Below, one piece after another: positions 63,884 to 64,000 of a DNA stretch of 64,000 nucleotides. The notes beneath the pieces were generated by a model. It did not search any database. It was given only the letters and a program-made list of their open reading frames with translations, and had not been told where the DNA came from. The translations under genes were made by a program, and so were the position numbers. The DNA is from Octopus vulgaris (Eukaryota). Position 1 is the stretch's first letter. Each line of letters opens with the position of its first letter. Where the stretch lies: contig OX597834.1 in the NCBI GenBank assembly GCA_951406725.2, positions 17,360,001-17,424,000 of the forward strand, written 5' to 3'.

Positions 63884-64000
63884 TAGTAAAGATATACTCA
63901 TTAGAAATACATGTTGCGATAATGACTGCAAACCATTAACTGATAGTATATATACAAAAAGAGCCAGTTATAGAAGGCATCAATCCAACATAAGGAGAGA

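Overview
Repeat-saturated, AT-rich animal genomic DNA. The SINE, MITE and microsatellite landscape looks like an Octopus (coleoid cephalopod) genome; this is an inference from repeat style. I can reconstruct one host gene by hand: MCRS1 (microspherule protein 1, C-terminal FHA domain) on the + strand. It has 12 coding exons from ATG 4611 to TGA 31674, all introns are GT-AG with consistent phases, and the CDS is 1311 nt (436 aa), probably followed by a long 3' UTR. I found no host exons from about 36.2 kb to 64 kb. The rest is tRNA-derived SINEs, a (GAT)n-tailed retroposon family, CR1/RTE/Penelope LINE fragments, TTAA-flanked piggyBac-type MITEs, Tc1/mariner relics, a non-autonomous Helitron, minisatellites and microsatellites. 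The most notable hidden signal is a set of minimal type-I hammerhead ribozyme motifs: three with intact cores (49355, 56756, 63801) and three degenerate (5304, 44167, 46587). They sit in short elements abutting (TA)n or (TATG)n tracts, three of them with fold-back arms. A Penelope reverse transcriptase fragment also lies in a ~640-bp hairpin. Together these suggest a Penelope/retrozyme-like ribozyme system. Almost all ORFs in the supplied track are microsatellite or repeat artefacts. Repeat boundaries are approximate.
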